DNA of 62,627 bases, counting the filler, from Nemertoderma westbladi (taxonomy: Eukaryota; Animalia; Xenacoelomorpha): assembly GCA_032718475.1 (NCBI GenBank). It is 3 parts of 3 records of this genome, joined end to end, with 100 filler letters (N's around TTAATTAATTAA, not from the genome) between each part and the next. Parts side by side here need not be neighbours in the genome. Positions count along the whole stretch, not along the records: positions 1 to 21,821 come from JAUCBJ010003429.1; 2 more parts are not named here. One strand, 5' to 3'. Position 1 is the first letter of the stretch. Every line of letters starts with the position of its first letter. The notes under the pieces were generated by a model, which searched no databases, was not told where the DNA came from, and saw only the letters and a list, made by a program, of their open reading frames with translations. Shown piece after piece: positions 1 to 11,113 of the stretch. Made by a program: the position numbers and the translations under genes.

Positions 1-1
1 A

Positions 2-733
2 TATGCTGTAGTATCGCAACTGCCGGAGGAATCAAAGAGCAACTTCGACGAAGTAAAGAGAAGCCTCATCGTAGCATTTGCTATAAACGCATACTCCGCT
101 TACGAACAATTCAAAACTCGGACGCTGAAACCTGGTGAAGCAGTTGATACGTTCTTGGCTGACTTGAAACGGCTGCTATCCCTAATAACGGAGGGCGATG
201 ACATCAGTGGAAATTGCGCCCACGCGATGCTAGCAGCTCAATTTGTTAGCGGACTGCCAGAGTCTATCCAGGGGGAAACGAAGGCCCTTGCCGGATCACT
301 AAATCTCGATGAGCTACTACCCCAATCGAGACGACTCATCTCCGAAAGTGCAGGAAAATATGAACACCAGGGTTGGAAGGACGAGCGCGAGCAGTTTGGA
401 GCTGCCGGATTCGGACTCCGTCACCCTAAAAATCGTGACCGACAGAATCGAGGGGGACTCTCTATCGGGCGAGGCGGTAGAGGAATTCCTCCACCGAGGT
501 TCAGAGAGCAGGAATATGGGCAGCGATGGTGGGGCGAAGCGAGTGGCGACGTTGCGAGTCGACGACAAGAAACTGCTCAAACTGGGTGTTTTAAATGTGG
601 CGAAGTAGGCCACTACGCCCGTCACTGTCAAAGTAGAGGAGGGGGGAATTATGAGGGCTGCTACAGGTGCGGTGGCAAAGACCACTTGGCTAGGAGATGT
701 GTGGCCGATAAGGGATCGAATTCGGGAAACTAG
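2..733 (+). CDS. gag: Retrotransposon Gag, 5'-partial
   Basis: The frame is open from position 2 (YAVVSQLPEE...AYEQFKTRTLKPGEAVDTFLADLKRL). Zinc knuckles CFKCGEVGHYARHC and CYRCGGKDHLARRC. TAG stop at 731-733. Confidence 0.92.
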   Translation, partial: YAVVSQLPEESKSNFDEVKRSLIVAFAINAYSAYEQFKTRTLKPGEAVDTFLADLKRLLSLITEGDDISGNCAHAMLAAQFVSGLPESIQGETKALAGSLNLDELLPQSRRLISESAGKYEHQGWKDEREQFGAAGFGLRHPKNRDRQNRGGLSIGRGGRGIPPPRFREQEYGQRWWGEASGDVASRRQETAQTGCFKCGEVGHYARHCQSRGGGNYEGCYRCGGKDHLARRCVADKGSNSGN

Positions 734-787
734 TGGAGGGGGGCGACCTTTGTGCCAGTGGACGTTCCCCAAACTATAGCTCTGGCG
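724..787 (+). promoter_or_regulatory. Programmed -1 ribosomal frameshift signal (GGGAAAC plus H-type pseudoknot)
   Basis: G GGA AAC at 724-730 in gag phase, with pol in the -1 frame. After a 7-nt spacer, stem 1 is GGGGGGCG (738-745) with CGTTCCCC (763-770) and stem 2 is TGCCAG (753-758) with CTGGCG (782-787). Confidence 0.82.
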
Positions 788-3700
788 ACTTACCAAACAT
801 TCAAATAAACTGTGGCGGGAAATTAGTTCAGGCACTTGTAGACTCAGGCTGCTCAAAGAGCATTATGAGCTCTAAATTTTGTAGCAATATATCGGGCTCA
901 TTTGTCTATATTTGGGTTCCTAAGGATATAATAATGCTAGATGGGACTCGTACAGTAGATATGGGGAGGCAATTTAAAACTACTGTAGAACTGGATACAG
1001 GGCACAAAATTCAATGGGTATTTTCTGTGGTACAAAAACTTGTTGGTGGACAGGATGTGATTTTTGGTTGGGACCTAATTAAAGAAGTTGGGGGAATATC
1101 ATTATATCAACTAGATAACGGAAGGTTCAAAACTTTATTAACAGAAAAGTGTACCGGTAATTCACAAAACATTGCAGCAATAGGCACTAACCCTGCTGCA
1201 GAATTGACTGCCGCAGAAACTCAAAAAATTAAAATAGAAAAAACTGATTATTCGGCCACATTTAATGGTAATTACTGGGAAGCCGAATATAAATTTGAAA
1301 AGGGAACTGGCCCCACAAGACTGACCAATCGAGTAAAAGAATACAATATACCAGAACACTTAAAAAGTAAATATGCCAAAGCCATGGAGGAATGGATAGA
1401 ACAAGGTTGGCTGGTAGAATATAATGGGATTGTAAAGGGACTGATTCCGCTCATGGGGAAGCATGAGCCTAGGAAGGACAGGGTTCGTCCCATTATGGAT
1501 TTTCGGGAACTCAACGAATACATAATTAAACAGCCAGGTACTGAGGCGGCTGCCAGTAATGAAAAACTACGTAACTGGATACGTATGGGGAACAAAACTG
1601 CTATAATTGACCTAAAATGGGCCTACATGCAAATCAGGATTGCCGATGGGCTGCATCCATACCAAACTGTAGTCTATAACGGTGAAAGATATGCAATGAC
1701 ACGACTGGGGTTTGGCCTTGGCCCTGCTCCTAAGATTCTCGATGATATCGTTGATGAGACCCGCCGACAAAACAAACGAATTAAAGATGCAACAAGTACG
1801 TTTAGGGATGACATCTATGTTGACCTTTCAACTGGAGTTACTGTAGATGAGGTACGTGACCACTTCACTAGATACGGTCTTGTTACTAAACCCGGAACTG
1901 AACTCAAAGATGGAGCACGAATCCTTGGGGTATACGTCTCCGATGGGAAATGGCGGCGAGATACATCAGTTCCCAACCCCGATAAAATTGATGGAAAAAT
2001 TACCCACAGGCAACTCCTGTCCATAATCGGTACTCTGCGAGGGAATTACCTGATTGGGGGATGGTTAAGGGTCGCACTGAGTTGGCTACAGCGCCAGGCA
2101 GCCCCAGTGCCTATGAACGAAATCGTTAGCGATGCTATACGTGAGAAACTCATAGAAATTATACAACGTATAAAGGTTGACGACCCGGTAAAAGGAGAAT
2201 GGCCAATTGGTACTGGTGTTGAAGGCGATGTATGGGTAGACGCTAGTAACCTAGCAACAGGGGCTATGGTTCGAATCGGAGGGCGAACGGCAGAAGATGG
2301 TGCTAAGGAAGGACTCAGATCCAGAGCACATAAACTCTGCAGAACTAACAGCTTTAATCCATGTCGGTGTCAACATGGGATTAGAATGGGGTCTAAGGAA
2401 ACTGAAAGTATACACAGACTCAGCTCCAGTATACGGCTGGGTCAAGTCGATGCTTAATGACGAGCACCGGCTACGCACAAATGGTCTATCAAAAATGCTT
2501 ATTAGGCGCCGACTTGAAGTACTGAAAGACACTATCAAAGAATATGAGTTGACAGTATCCATAGAACTCGTTCAATCAGCAAAGAATCGAGCTGACATTC
2601 TAACCCGCATACCAAAGAAGTGGCTAAAAAATATCGAGACACTTACAAGCGCAGCTATTGGTGTAGAGGAAACCAACGAATCAAAATATCAACCTATGAG
2701 TGAGGCTGATATAAAGGAACGTGCTACAAAATTACACAATATTGCTCACATCGGTGCTGAACGCTTAGAGAACCTTTGTAAAATGGACAGAGAACTTAAT
2801 GGAACTCAAATAAAGAAGGGCATATTTACAGGAATTTTAAACAATTGCACTGAATGTCGGAGCATTGACCCTCCACCAGTTAAAATGCCCACAGGAACTT
2901 CAAAAACTGAGCTGCCCTGGGACCGCCTCTCAATAGATTTTACAGACTATAAACAAAGTAGCTACGTCACTATATTAGATTGCTGTTCAAATTTCACTAT
3001 CTGGCACAAAGTTCCAAACAAATCAATAGATGGCGTCATTTCAAAACTACAGAGTGTGTTTATAGAATGGGGACCACCCAATGAAGTTATTGCAGATAAT
3101 GGATCATTCCGTGGCAAAAAATTTAAACAATTTCTGGAAAAATGGGAAGTAAAACTCACACTAACTTGTGCTTACAGGCCTAAAGGGAACCCAGTGGAAC
3201 GTATCCACAGAACCATCAAATCCTGGTCGGCCAGGACGAAAAAAGAACCTATCAAGGTCACATTCTGGTATAACAGGACAGTAGGCAGTGACAAGAAAAC
3301 ACCATTGGAAAAAGTATTACAAAACAAAATTAATAAATTACCAGGTGTAACTAAATGTCACAACGAACCACAACCTGCGCTTATAAACACATACAAAGCA
3401 GGAGATTGGGTTTACGTCAAACCGCATTGTCATTGGCGCTGTTTTAGGAGATGGAAGGGACCAAAAATATTCGAAGGTGTTCCAGACAATCGATCAGTCA
3501 CAATAGAGGGAGTTCGTAGTCACCTTCAGGACGTACGATTGGCTAAGGGACAGAGCACAGCAAAGTCCCCCCAGATTAATCTAAATCCAGTATACGATGC
3601 AAACAGTGATTCAGAGTCCGATGATGACTACGAGACAATTTCTAGCACTGGAAGCAAAATATCTGGAGATGCTGAGGCTGAAACGGACAATACTCCGAGC

Positions 3701-3790
3701 AATCAACTGGATGAAGGAGTGAACGCAGTCATTAGAACTCGGAGTGGGCGTGAGTCGCGGCCGCCCCAAGCGTATGGGTTCACAAACTAA
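733..3790 (+). pseudogene. pol: Retrotransposon Pol (protease, RT, RNase H, integrase) with one frameshift near 2300
   Basis: Protease LVDSGCSKS; RT RPIMDFRELN, IDLKWAYMQI, LGFGLGPAP, FRDD; RNase H VDASNLATG then HINSAEL and YTDS in the next frame; integrase HNIAH..CTEC, LSIDF, ADNG, VERIHRT. ORFs 733-2457 and 2297-3790 join at EDG/LRKDSD. Confidence 0.92.
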
Positions 3791-3815
3791 TGAGTTCCTT
3801 GAGAACTGGGGGAGA

Positions 3816-4046
3816 TGTAGTATAAGCATAAAGGCTAGACACATGGCTAGCCCCATGGGGAGGGGGGTTGTTCCGGGCCTAGAGGGGTAGAGCGAGGTAC
3901 CGGTATTGGTAGCGTGGTTGGTAGGGTGGTGGTCTGCTGTGCGGTTGTGTTGTTGTGTGCAGTACTGCGAGATATAGACTTTGAACTATAATATACATAT
4001 TGTTGGCTCTATAAATATAACTAGTTGTTTGGCGTAACATAATACA
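3816..4046 (+). repeat. 3' LTR, about 231 bp
   Basis: Begins TGTAGTAT directly after the purine tract and ends ATAATACA (7/8 inverted match). TATAAATA near 4010. Confidence 0.75.
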
Positions 4047-5148
4047 CCATCAGTATAACAAGCCTATGGTCTATTACATATCTACCAAGTTTCCGATTGA
4101 CGGATCATAAATAACGAAATGTTGGAAGGTTTTCACTTTCATACATTTAGCCCTCTAGCGGCATATTAAAGAACTACGGATCGATCACCTTCCTCACAAA
4201 GACGAGGCATGTGGTCTAGTACATACCGGTACTGTATATTCCAAAATTCAGCTTAAATAGATTAAGATCAAGGAATTCGCGAAGGTTATCACTTTCCTAC
4301 ATTTCGCCCTCTAGCGGCAGACTCGAAAACTCCGGACCGATTACTGTCCACACAAAGACTTAGGATGTCTTCTAGTACATATATGACAAGTTTCAGCGTA
4401 ATCAGATCATAAACAACTAAATGGAAGAATAATTTCACATTCGGGACATTTCGCCCTCTAGCGGCAGACTGGAGAACTGCAGACAGATTAGCCTCCTTTG
4501 AAATTTACAGCTAATGGTCTAGTACATACTTCCCAAGTTTCAGCTTAAACGGATTAAAAGCAAAGAAATGGGTGGCCATTTAATGTTTAGACATGTGGCC
4601 CTCTACCGGCAGACTGGAAAACTTCGGACCGATTACAATCCACACAAAGACTCAGGATGTCATCTAGTACATATGTGACAAGTTTCAGCGTAATCAGATC
4701 ATAAACAACTAAATGGAAGAATAATTTCACATTCGGGACATTTCGCCCTCTAGCGGCAGACTGGAGAACTGCAGACAGATTAGCCTGCTTTGAAATTTAC
4801 AGCTAATGGTCTAGTACATACTTCCCAAGTTTCAGCTTAAACGGATTAAAAGCAAAGAAATGGGTGGCCATTTAATGTTTAGACATGTGGCCCTCTAGCG
4901 GGAGACCATTGCACTGATGGTGTCTGAAAGTCTCTCAAAAATCTCAACTTTTGCTCATATTGATACCTACAAATTTTCAACTTGGCAGATTTAAATCCGA
5001 CAAAGTTATTAGCATGTCAAAATCGTAACGACGACGACAACGACGACGACGACGACAACGACGACGACGACAACTATTTGCATAAATTGACCCACCCCCT
5101 AACAGTGTCAATTCGCTAAGGCTCCGCCAACTTCGTGGCTCGCCCCAC
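4047..5148. mobile_element. Non-autonomous HINE/Helitron-like element with an internal ~146-bp tandem array and (GAC/AAC)n microsatellite
   Basis: Six GCCCTCTA(G/C)CGG-anchored units about 146-155 bp apart, with a near-exact 292-bp dimer. Microsatellite at 5026-5093. Family terminus CGTGGCTCGCCCCACA. Confidence 0.6.
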
Positions 5149-5279
5149 AGTACATGGATATAATCTCAAAGAAAGTATAGTCAGGGGTCTATGCCTACTC
5201 ATCATAAAGTCTTTTTAATCTAAAAAATAAAAAATAAATAAATAATCCATATCTTTTTCGAATTAGATGTTTGACAGTT

Positions 5280-5470
5280 ACCGCTGCCACAAATTCGAAA
5301 ACACCGAACTGCATTGCAGCTTGTCGTCACCTTTTTATTGCAACTAATTCGAAAATGGCCCGTCTGCTGGTGCAGATGATGGATGCTCCATTGATGTGCA
5401 ATTAATGCTTCTCAGCTGTAAGTAGTTTTTTTTTAGTTTAAAGCATTATTATTTCATTGCCGCCAGCCGC
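5280..5470 (+). repeat. Dispersed ~190-bp repeat, second copy at 17389-17577
   Basis: Both sites share CCGCTGCCAC...TGTCGTCACCTTTTTATTGCAACTAATTCG...CTCAGCTGTAAGTAG. Confidence 0.85.
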
Positions 5471-6099
5471 GCTGCGCATAATCGATAGAAGACATATTTA
5501 CATTCAAGGGCACTTTTCGTAGAATAGTAAAATTGTCATTATTATTAAAATTATTGTACTGTAAATTTATATGTACTTGATTAGTACTTATAATATGCAC
5601 ATATGTACATATGTACATATAATACTTATAATATATAATCTTATGATATGTACTTATAATTTAAGTTTATAGTTAAATTTAAGTAAAATTTATACAAGAG
5701 TATGGCTACATGCAATGTACAGCCGCGTGACTGTGTACTGTTTACTTTCAATTTCTGATTATAAAGCCAAGGGACCCAGTACCGGTACAAAATGTATGTA
5801 CTTCGCAAAGTACCGGATTGGTAAAAAGTTAAACTAATTCTATTGCGCTTGGGTAGTCCGGACCTCCCAAGCTCTCCAGGCTCGGGTTCTCGGGAGCTCG
5901 GACTTGTGTTCTCGGGATCGGGAGCTTCGAGACCCTCGGATGCACCCAAGCCTCGGGCCCCCCGAGAACGCTCGGGCGCCCGAGCCCGAGCCCCGAGTGC
6001 CGACTGTCGAGATCCTCTCCAAACTCTTGGGCGTCCGAGTTCCCGAGCGAAAATCAAAGTCACGAGCGCGCTCAGGAGCTTCGAGACACCGGCTCCTGA

Positions 6100-7705
6100 C
6101 AATGGCAGAATGGAATACAGTATAACATCGACATCATCTCTATCCAAGTGCATCGGATTTGTCATGAAGACACTGCCATGGAGTACAATGACATTGGAAA
6201 TGGATGGACGTTAGTAACAAGCTCAGCAGAATCATGATTGCAACATTTGATGGGAATCCCAATACAACAGTAATATGTTGCTGCAGTCCAACCGATCCCT
6301 CAGAGTCAGAACAAGCAGTCAAGTTTTATGAAGATCTGACTAGACTTATAAAGGACATTCCGAAACATAACGTCAAAGTCATTGCTGGTGACCTGAATGC
6401 TCAGATTGGCCCAGAAGACATCTAGGGTTACACCTATAACACCAGTTCGAACAGAAATGGGTACTTACTTTTAGACCTAATGGAAGAATGTGAATTGATG
6501 CCTACACAGTAGAAGTTGTAAACCGCTTTGAAGCACTTCAGTCAATGGATGAAGACCGGTCTACCGATTCAATATACAAGAATATAATAAAAGCCCACAT
6601 GGAATCAGCCAAGAGGCATATTCCCCAGAAACCCAAACAGTTTGTGCCATGGCAAAACTCTGAGGTTACTTGTAAGAGAGGAGATCTTAAGTAAAAATCA
6701 AACATGAACCAACAACCGAAAACATCAACAAGGTTGAGAAAGCTAAGGAAAATCTTAAATTGGCCTACAACATCAACCAGGAGAAGTACATAGAACAAGA
6801 TTGAAGAAATTACAACTGCTCACATACAGCAACAATCAAGACTTACCTGGCAAACTAACTCTAAATGAGGTATCTGATCGGCTAAGGGGCGCCTCAAAAC
6901 TGATAGTCCTGAAGAACGTGTTGCGAAATGGAAAGATCATTTCAGCAACTTGCTTGGGCAGCCACGGCATGACAAGACGCTGTCTACAGTATAGAAACAG
7001 GGAACTTCAGACCCTCCGAACTCCAAAGAAGCATTAAAAGCATGTTCAATCATAAAGCGAGTGGATTAGATGAAATCCCTGCGGAGGTATGGAAAACCGG
7101 AGTGCTAAACATACCATTATTGAATGTTTGCAACCGGATGTTAAAAGGGGAAAAGCCACCACCAATTTGGACTAAAGGTCAACTAAAGCCTCTCCCCAAG
7201 AAAGGAGACCTCGGCATTCCAACAAACTATCGTGGGATCTGTCTGCTTGTGGTAGCTGCCAAAATATACAATAAAATGATTCTATATAGGATTAGGCCTC
7301 ACATAGAGAAACTACTGCGTAAGAGCCAAAACGGATTTCGACCAAATAGATCAACAATTAATACAGTAGCTCAGATACTTGCACTACGGAGACTGATTAA
7401 AGGAATTAAGTCAAAGAATCTCCCCGCAGTCATGACTTTTGTGGACTTCAAGAAAGCATTGTACTCAATCCATAGAGGTAAAATGCTGGAAATCCTAAGA
7501 GCTTATGGAATACCAGAGGTAATTGTGGCTGGCATTGGATTGTTATATTGTGACACAGAAGCTCAGGTACTCTCACCAGATGGTGAAACTGAGTTCTCCA
7601 ATCCTGGCTGGCGTACTGCAAGGTGACACATTGGCGCCATTACTATTTGTAATTGTACTGGATTACGCAATGAGGACGGCCACAAAGGGTGAAGATCTGG
7701 GATGA
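6100..7705 (+). mobile_element. Degenerate RTE-clade non-LTR retrotransposon (APE plus N-terminal half of RT)
   Basis: IAGDLNAQIG (APE); ASGLDEIPAEVWK, LPKKGDL..NYRGICLL, QNGFRPNRST, FVDFKKA, GVLQGDTLAPLLF. Many stops and frameshifts; truncated before the YADD-type motif. Confidence 0.9.
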
Positions 7706-8939
7706 GTTCGCCAGGGTTATCCAATATCCATCACGTTCGATGTGAGTACTGCTTCCATGTACAGGAGCGCGGTTCGCACAACCAAGGGATGTGATCTTTC
7801 TCGGCATTCTGAGGAGCTGGCGAAATTTTAAATAATAATAAATGTAAAAAAACACTTTTATTAATCTAAAACGTATAAAATGAAATAAAAGGAGAATACA
7901 TATTACCCACAGGAACACACGGGCAACAATTAATTCATAATTGCACTACAAAGTATACAAATTCATACAATTCATTCATTCAAGTCAAACAATTCAGTAA
8001 CGAATTCATACCTGTAGGTTGGTAATAGCGCGGTACGGGTAGGCAGGCAGCCTTGGCCCGGTAATAGTTTGGTATGGGTCATTACAACTATGTATTATAT
8101 ATATCGATGCTTCTCTATACTCCATGCATCGCATGTCGTTATGGCCCTGTATTGCATCGGTAGCTCGTGCCCAGATGGTACCAAACCGCTTCATATTTCT
8201 GTATATTGATCTTATTTGAATTTACCTCTCTTTATTAAAGGCTCTAGTTCGATTCATTCATTATCACCTATGCAAATATTTTCCTACGCGAAACTGCATT
8301 CGATCGGCTACGCGTAGCCTACGCGTAGATTAGGCGTAGCCTACACCTACGCGGAAAAGTCAAACCCCAATCGTATCCCTTTCGAATGTTTGTGTTCTAC
8401 TCTAAACCATCAAATAATTACTATATGGCGACATTTGCAGCCTATATTTCAAACAGATCATTTATTATTACCAGTAACACGATTGGGCATTGATGTACTT
8501 ATATTCAGTAGATAGTACGTCTCCTCTAAAGGGAGACCCATCCCCCACACTTGTGAGATCTGCGTCCATTAAATTAGTCAGTCATTACCTTAATTAACTG
8601 TGCCGCCATACACTTTCAACGGAACTGTTTGTACTAATAAGTTGCCGGTATATTAATGATCAATTGCCGTCAGATACTGTACAAAGTTAATCAGAAATAC
8701 AGTACAGTGTGTTCCACCAATTAAGATACTCCAGTCCTTCAGCTCCGAAGGTACACTAGCGCACTTAGCTGGTAGATGTATCGTCCGGGACTTAATCCGC
8801 TACCATAACAAGTCGAGATTCAGTTTCTAATGGGGAATAAATTTTAGTGAAATTACGTTTTAGATCAAATGCGCTAACAGCATTTTCACCCCATATTTCG
8901 AGAGTGGCGGTCCGAAACCAGCTAATTCAAAGTGAATAC

Positions 8940-9022
8940 GCTCTAATCTAAGATATTTTGTGGAATTTCCGACATTCCAGGGTCAAAAATTCAAAATTTC
9001 ACAAAATCTCTTAGATTAGAGC
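8940..9022. repeat. 83-nt inverted repeat with 29-bp arms
   Basis: GCTCTAATCTAAGATATTTTGTGGAATTT and AAATTTCACAAAATCTCTTAGATTAGAGC match at 27/29 positions. Confidence 0.85.
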
Positions 9023-9336
9023 CTCATGACATAAAGTTAGGGTTACATGATAGTTTTAATTAGGGTTTGAGCCAGACCATCTAACCCTAACCAAAAAAAT
9101 AAACCAATAAATCCAGGTTTAAGACAAGTGATGTACAGTACCTACAGTATTACTACTAACTATACCTAAGTAGTAGGTATCCCTACTACAGTATTATACT
9201 TAGTCTATGGGGTGGGGGGAATTCCGCGCGGGGGTGGGGGGGGGGGGGGGGGGCAGATTCGCCTAGGACACCGGTCCTTCTCACATGAATTAACCAGGCA
9301 CGTTTCTTTCACTGGGGAACAAACGACCCATTGGGT

Positions 9337-9650
9337 GTGGGGCGAGCCACGAAGTGAGCGAAGCCTTAGCATATGGGTGCCATTGGCGAGTTGTCTGTCG
9401 TCGTCTGTCGTCGTCGTAAATTTTTGATCGTTAATAACTCGGTTATTCCTTGATGAAATTAAACCAAACTTGGTACGTAATGTAGTCCGTCAAAAGTTTA
9501 GAAAGAATCTGAAGTTTGGTTAATCTTCAAGCCCCGTTTAAACCCAATATTAACCAATTGCCTTACGTTTTCGGCGTTTTCTACCCACTTCTGGAACTTC
9601 TCTCTGACGCGAATAATGGCCCCCAGCCCACGCGCAAGGAAATTATTATT
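9337..9650 (-). mobile_element. HINE-like family copy in reverse orientation
   Basis: TGTGGGGCGAGCCACGAAGTGAGCGAAGCCTTAGC terminus and a (GTC)n microsatellite; homologous to 27720-27863. Confidence 0.65.
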
Positions 9651-9901
9651 ATTCGCAGTATTATTGTGTACACAATGTAACATGTTTGTTTTATGAAAGT
9701 ATTTGAACTTTGACCAGTGTAAAATTCAATTTAATAGTGAATATTAATGAAATATTTCCGCGGAAATGAAATTGTAATAAATTGTTTTTTTTTTTTAGAA
9801 AACAAACAATTTTCTGATGCAACGGCTGATTAGTGTGACTTCAATTACCAATTTATTCAACGCCTCTATTATTGTTTATACAATAAAGTTTATATACCCT
9901 T

Positions 9902-10567
9902 ATGGGAAATAAAAATGATAAAATAACGCAAAATATTGCAGACAAAACAGCCACAAAGAATTCATGTGATGCGAGATGTAAAAATGTTGTTATATTAGGA
10001 GATATTGCTGTTGGTAAATCATATTTACTTCATCGTTATTTACATGGAAGGATACGAACCGCGGAAGGAGATGTGATTCCAAGTACCATAGTTTGTGAAC
10101 ATTGGTCAAAGGTGTGGAACAACAAGAAAATAAACTTCTGGGCTATTGGCTATTCACGTGTGACTGTAGCTCCGATGTTTCTCAAGAATGCAGACGCAGT
10201 GATATACACTTACGATATGACTGTTTATCCTTCATTCCAACATATAAGGAGGCTACTAGAGATTCAAACCAAAGATAATTGTTTGCGTTTCATTGTTGGA
10301 ACTAAATTGGATCGGGAATCCGAGCGAATGGTTTTATCGGAAGAAGGGCGTATGTTAGCGAAAGAGATGAATCCTAACTACGCGAATACCGATCAAATAT
10401 TCTTCTACGAAACCAGTGCGTTACAGGACATTGGAGTCGATAGTATGTTCGAAGGAGTTTTGCAATCTATTTTCTTAAGTGCTCAGTCATGCAAAGCCTG
10501 GAATGTTGAACAAACTGACACCTGCGCTGAATCCGCTTCTATTGGAGTATTTGAGATGGACTGGTAG
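9902..10567 (+). CDS. Divergent intronless Rab-family small GTPase, Rab20-like, 221 aa
   Basis: G1 VILGDIAVGKS, G2 STI, G4 IVGTKLD, G5 YETSAL. Rab20-like segments KVWNNKKINFW, IYTYD, DNCLRFIVG. The G3 WDTAG motif is replaced by WAIGY. Confidence 0.75.
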   Translation: MGNKNDKITQNIADKTATKNSCDARCKNVVILGDIAVGKSYLLHRYLHGRIRTAEGDVIPSTIVCEHWSKVWNNKKINFWAIGYSRVTVAPMFLKNADAVIYTYDMTVYPSFQHIRRLLEIQTKDNCLRFIVGTKLDRESERMVLSEEGRMLAKEMNPNYANTDQIFFYETSALQDIGVDSMFEGVLQSIFLSAQSCKAWNVEQTDTCAESASIGVFEMDW

Positions 10568-11113
10568 TCCGTTAAACTGGCACCAACGGTCTCGTACAGA
10601 TAGTGGGTGGGTAGGGGGGGGGGGGGGGGGGGGTGGTAGTAGGGGGAGGGGGGGGGGGGGGTGGAATTTCACACAAGCCATCAACATTCAGTCTTCTGCA
10701 GGGGAAAATTAACACAAAGTTACAAAAAATTACAAAATATAAGATACTAAGATTGATACATGTGCTAACTCAAATTTTTTGTTTTGGTTCGAATAAACTC
10801 CCACTATAACCTGCTCATCATCAATTATTAATTAATCTCTCATTAATTATTATTTAAAAACCGGTCATTCCCCGAGATTTGGTTTGCAGTTTGCAGTAAT
10901 TTGGTTAGTTGTGGTCAAATTAATTGTCGAAAGCAAGCTCATTCTAAAACATAGTTTAGTCTACCAAAAATATATAGAATTCATTACCTAGAATAAGTAA
11001 ATATTTTAATAATTTTTTAACTCTTGAATTAATGAACTTCCGTAGAAATTAAAAATATAAATTATAAATATTTACATACTTTATTTAAATGAGAGATTAT
11101 TTTAGTCTCATTA

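Larger units (their letters stand above)
1..4046 (+). mobile_element. Ty3/Gypsy LTR retrotransposon, 5' part outside the window
   Basis: gag with two CCHC knuckles followed by PR-RT-RNaseH-INT in Gypsy order, then a purine tract (GGGGGAGA, 3808-3815) and a TG...CA LTR. Confidence 0.95.

Noticed and set aside
309-2562. Overlapping and antisense ORFs inside gag-pol
   Set aside because: Shadow frames of the retrotransposon genes with no motifs of their own.
5641-6214. ORFs of 174, 123 and 73 aa over the GC island
   Set aside because: Explained by stop-poor GC-rich repetitive sequence; no recognisable domain.
8012-8199. Possible minus-strand exon with AG/GT boundaries
   Set aside because: No recognisable protein motif or partner exons; cannot be supported without transcripts.
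10615-10662. Poly-G and poly-C runs (also near 9230, 20930, 30340 and 40800) as G-quadruplex elements or Gly/Pro-rich ORFs
   Set aside because: Simple homopolymers scattered through the window, with unreliable length and no specific context.
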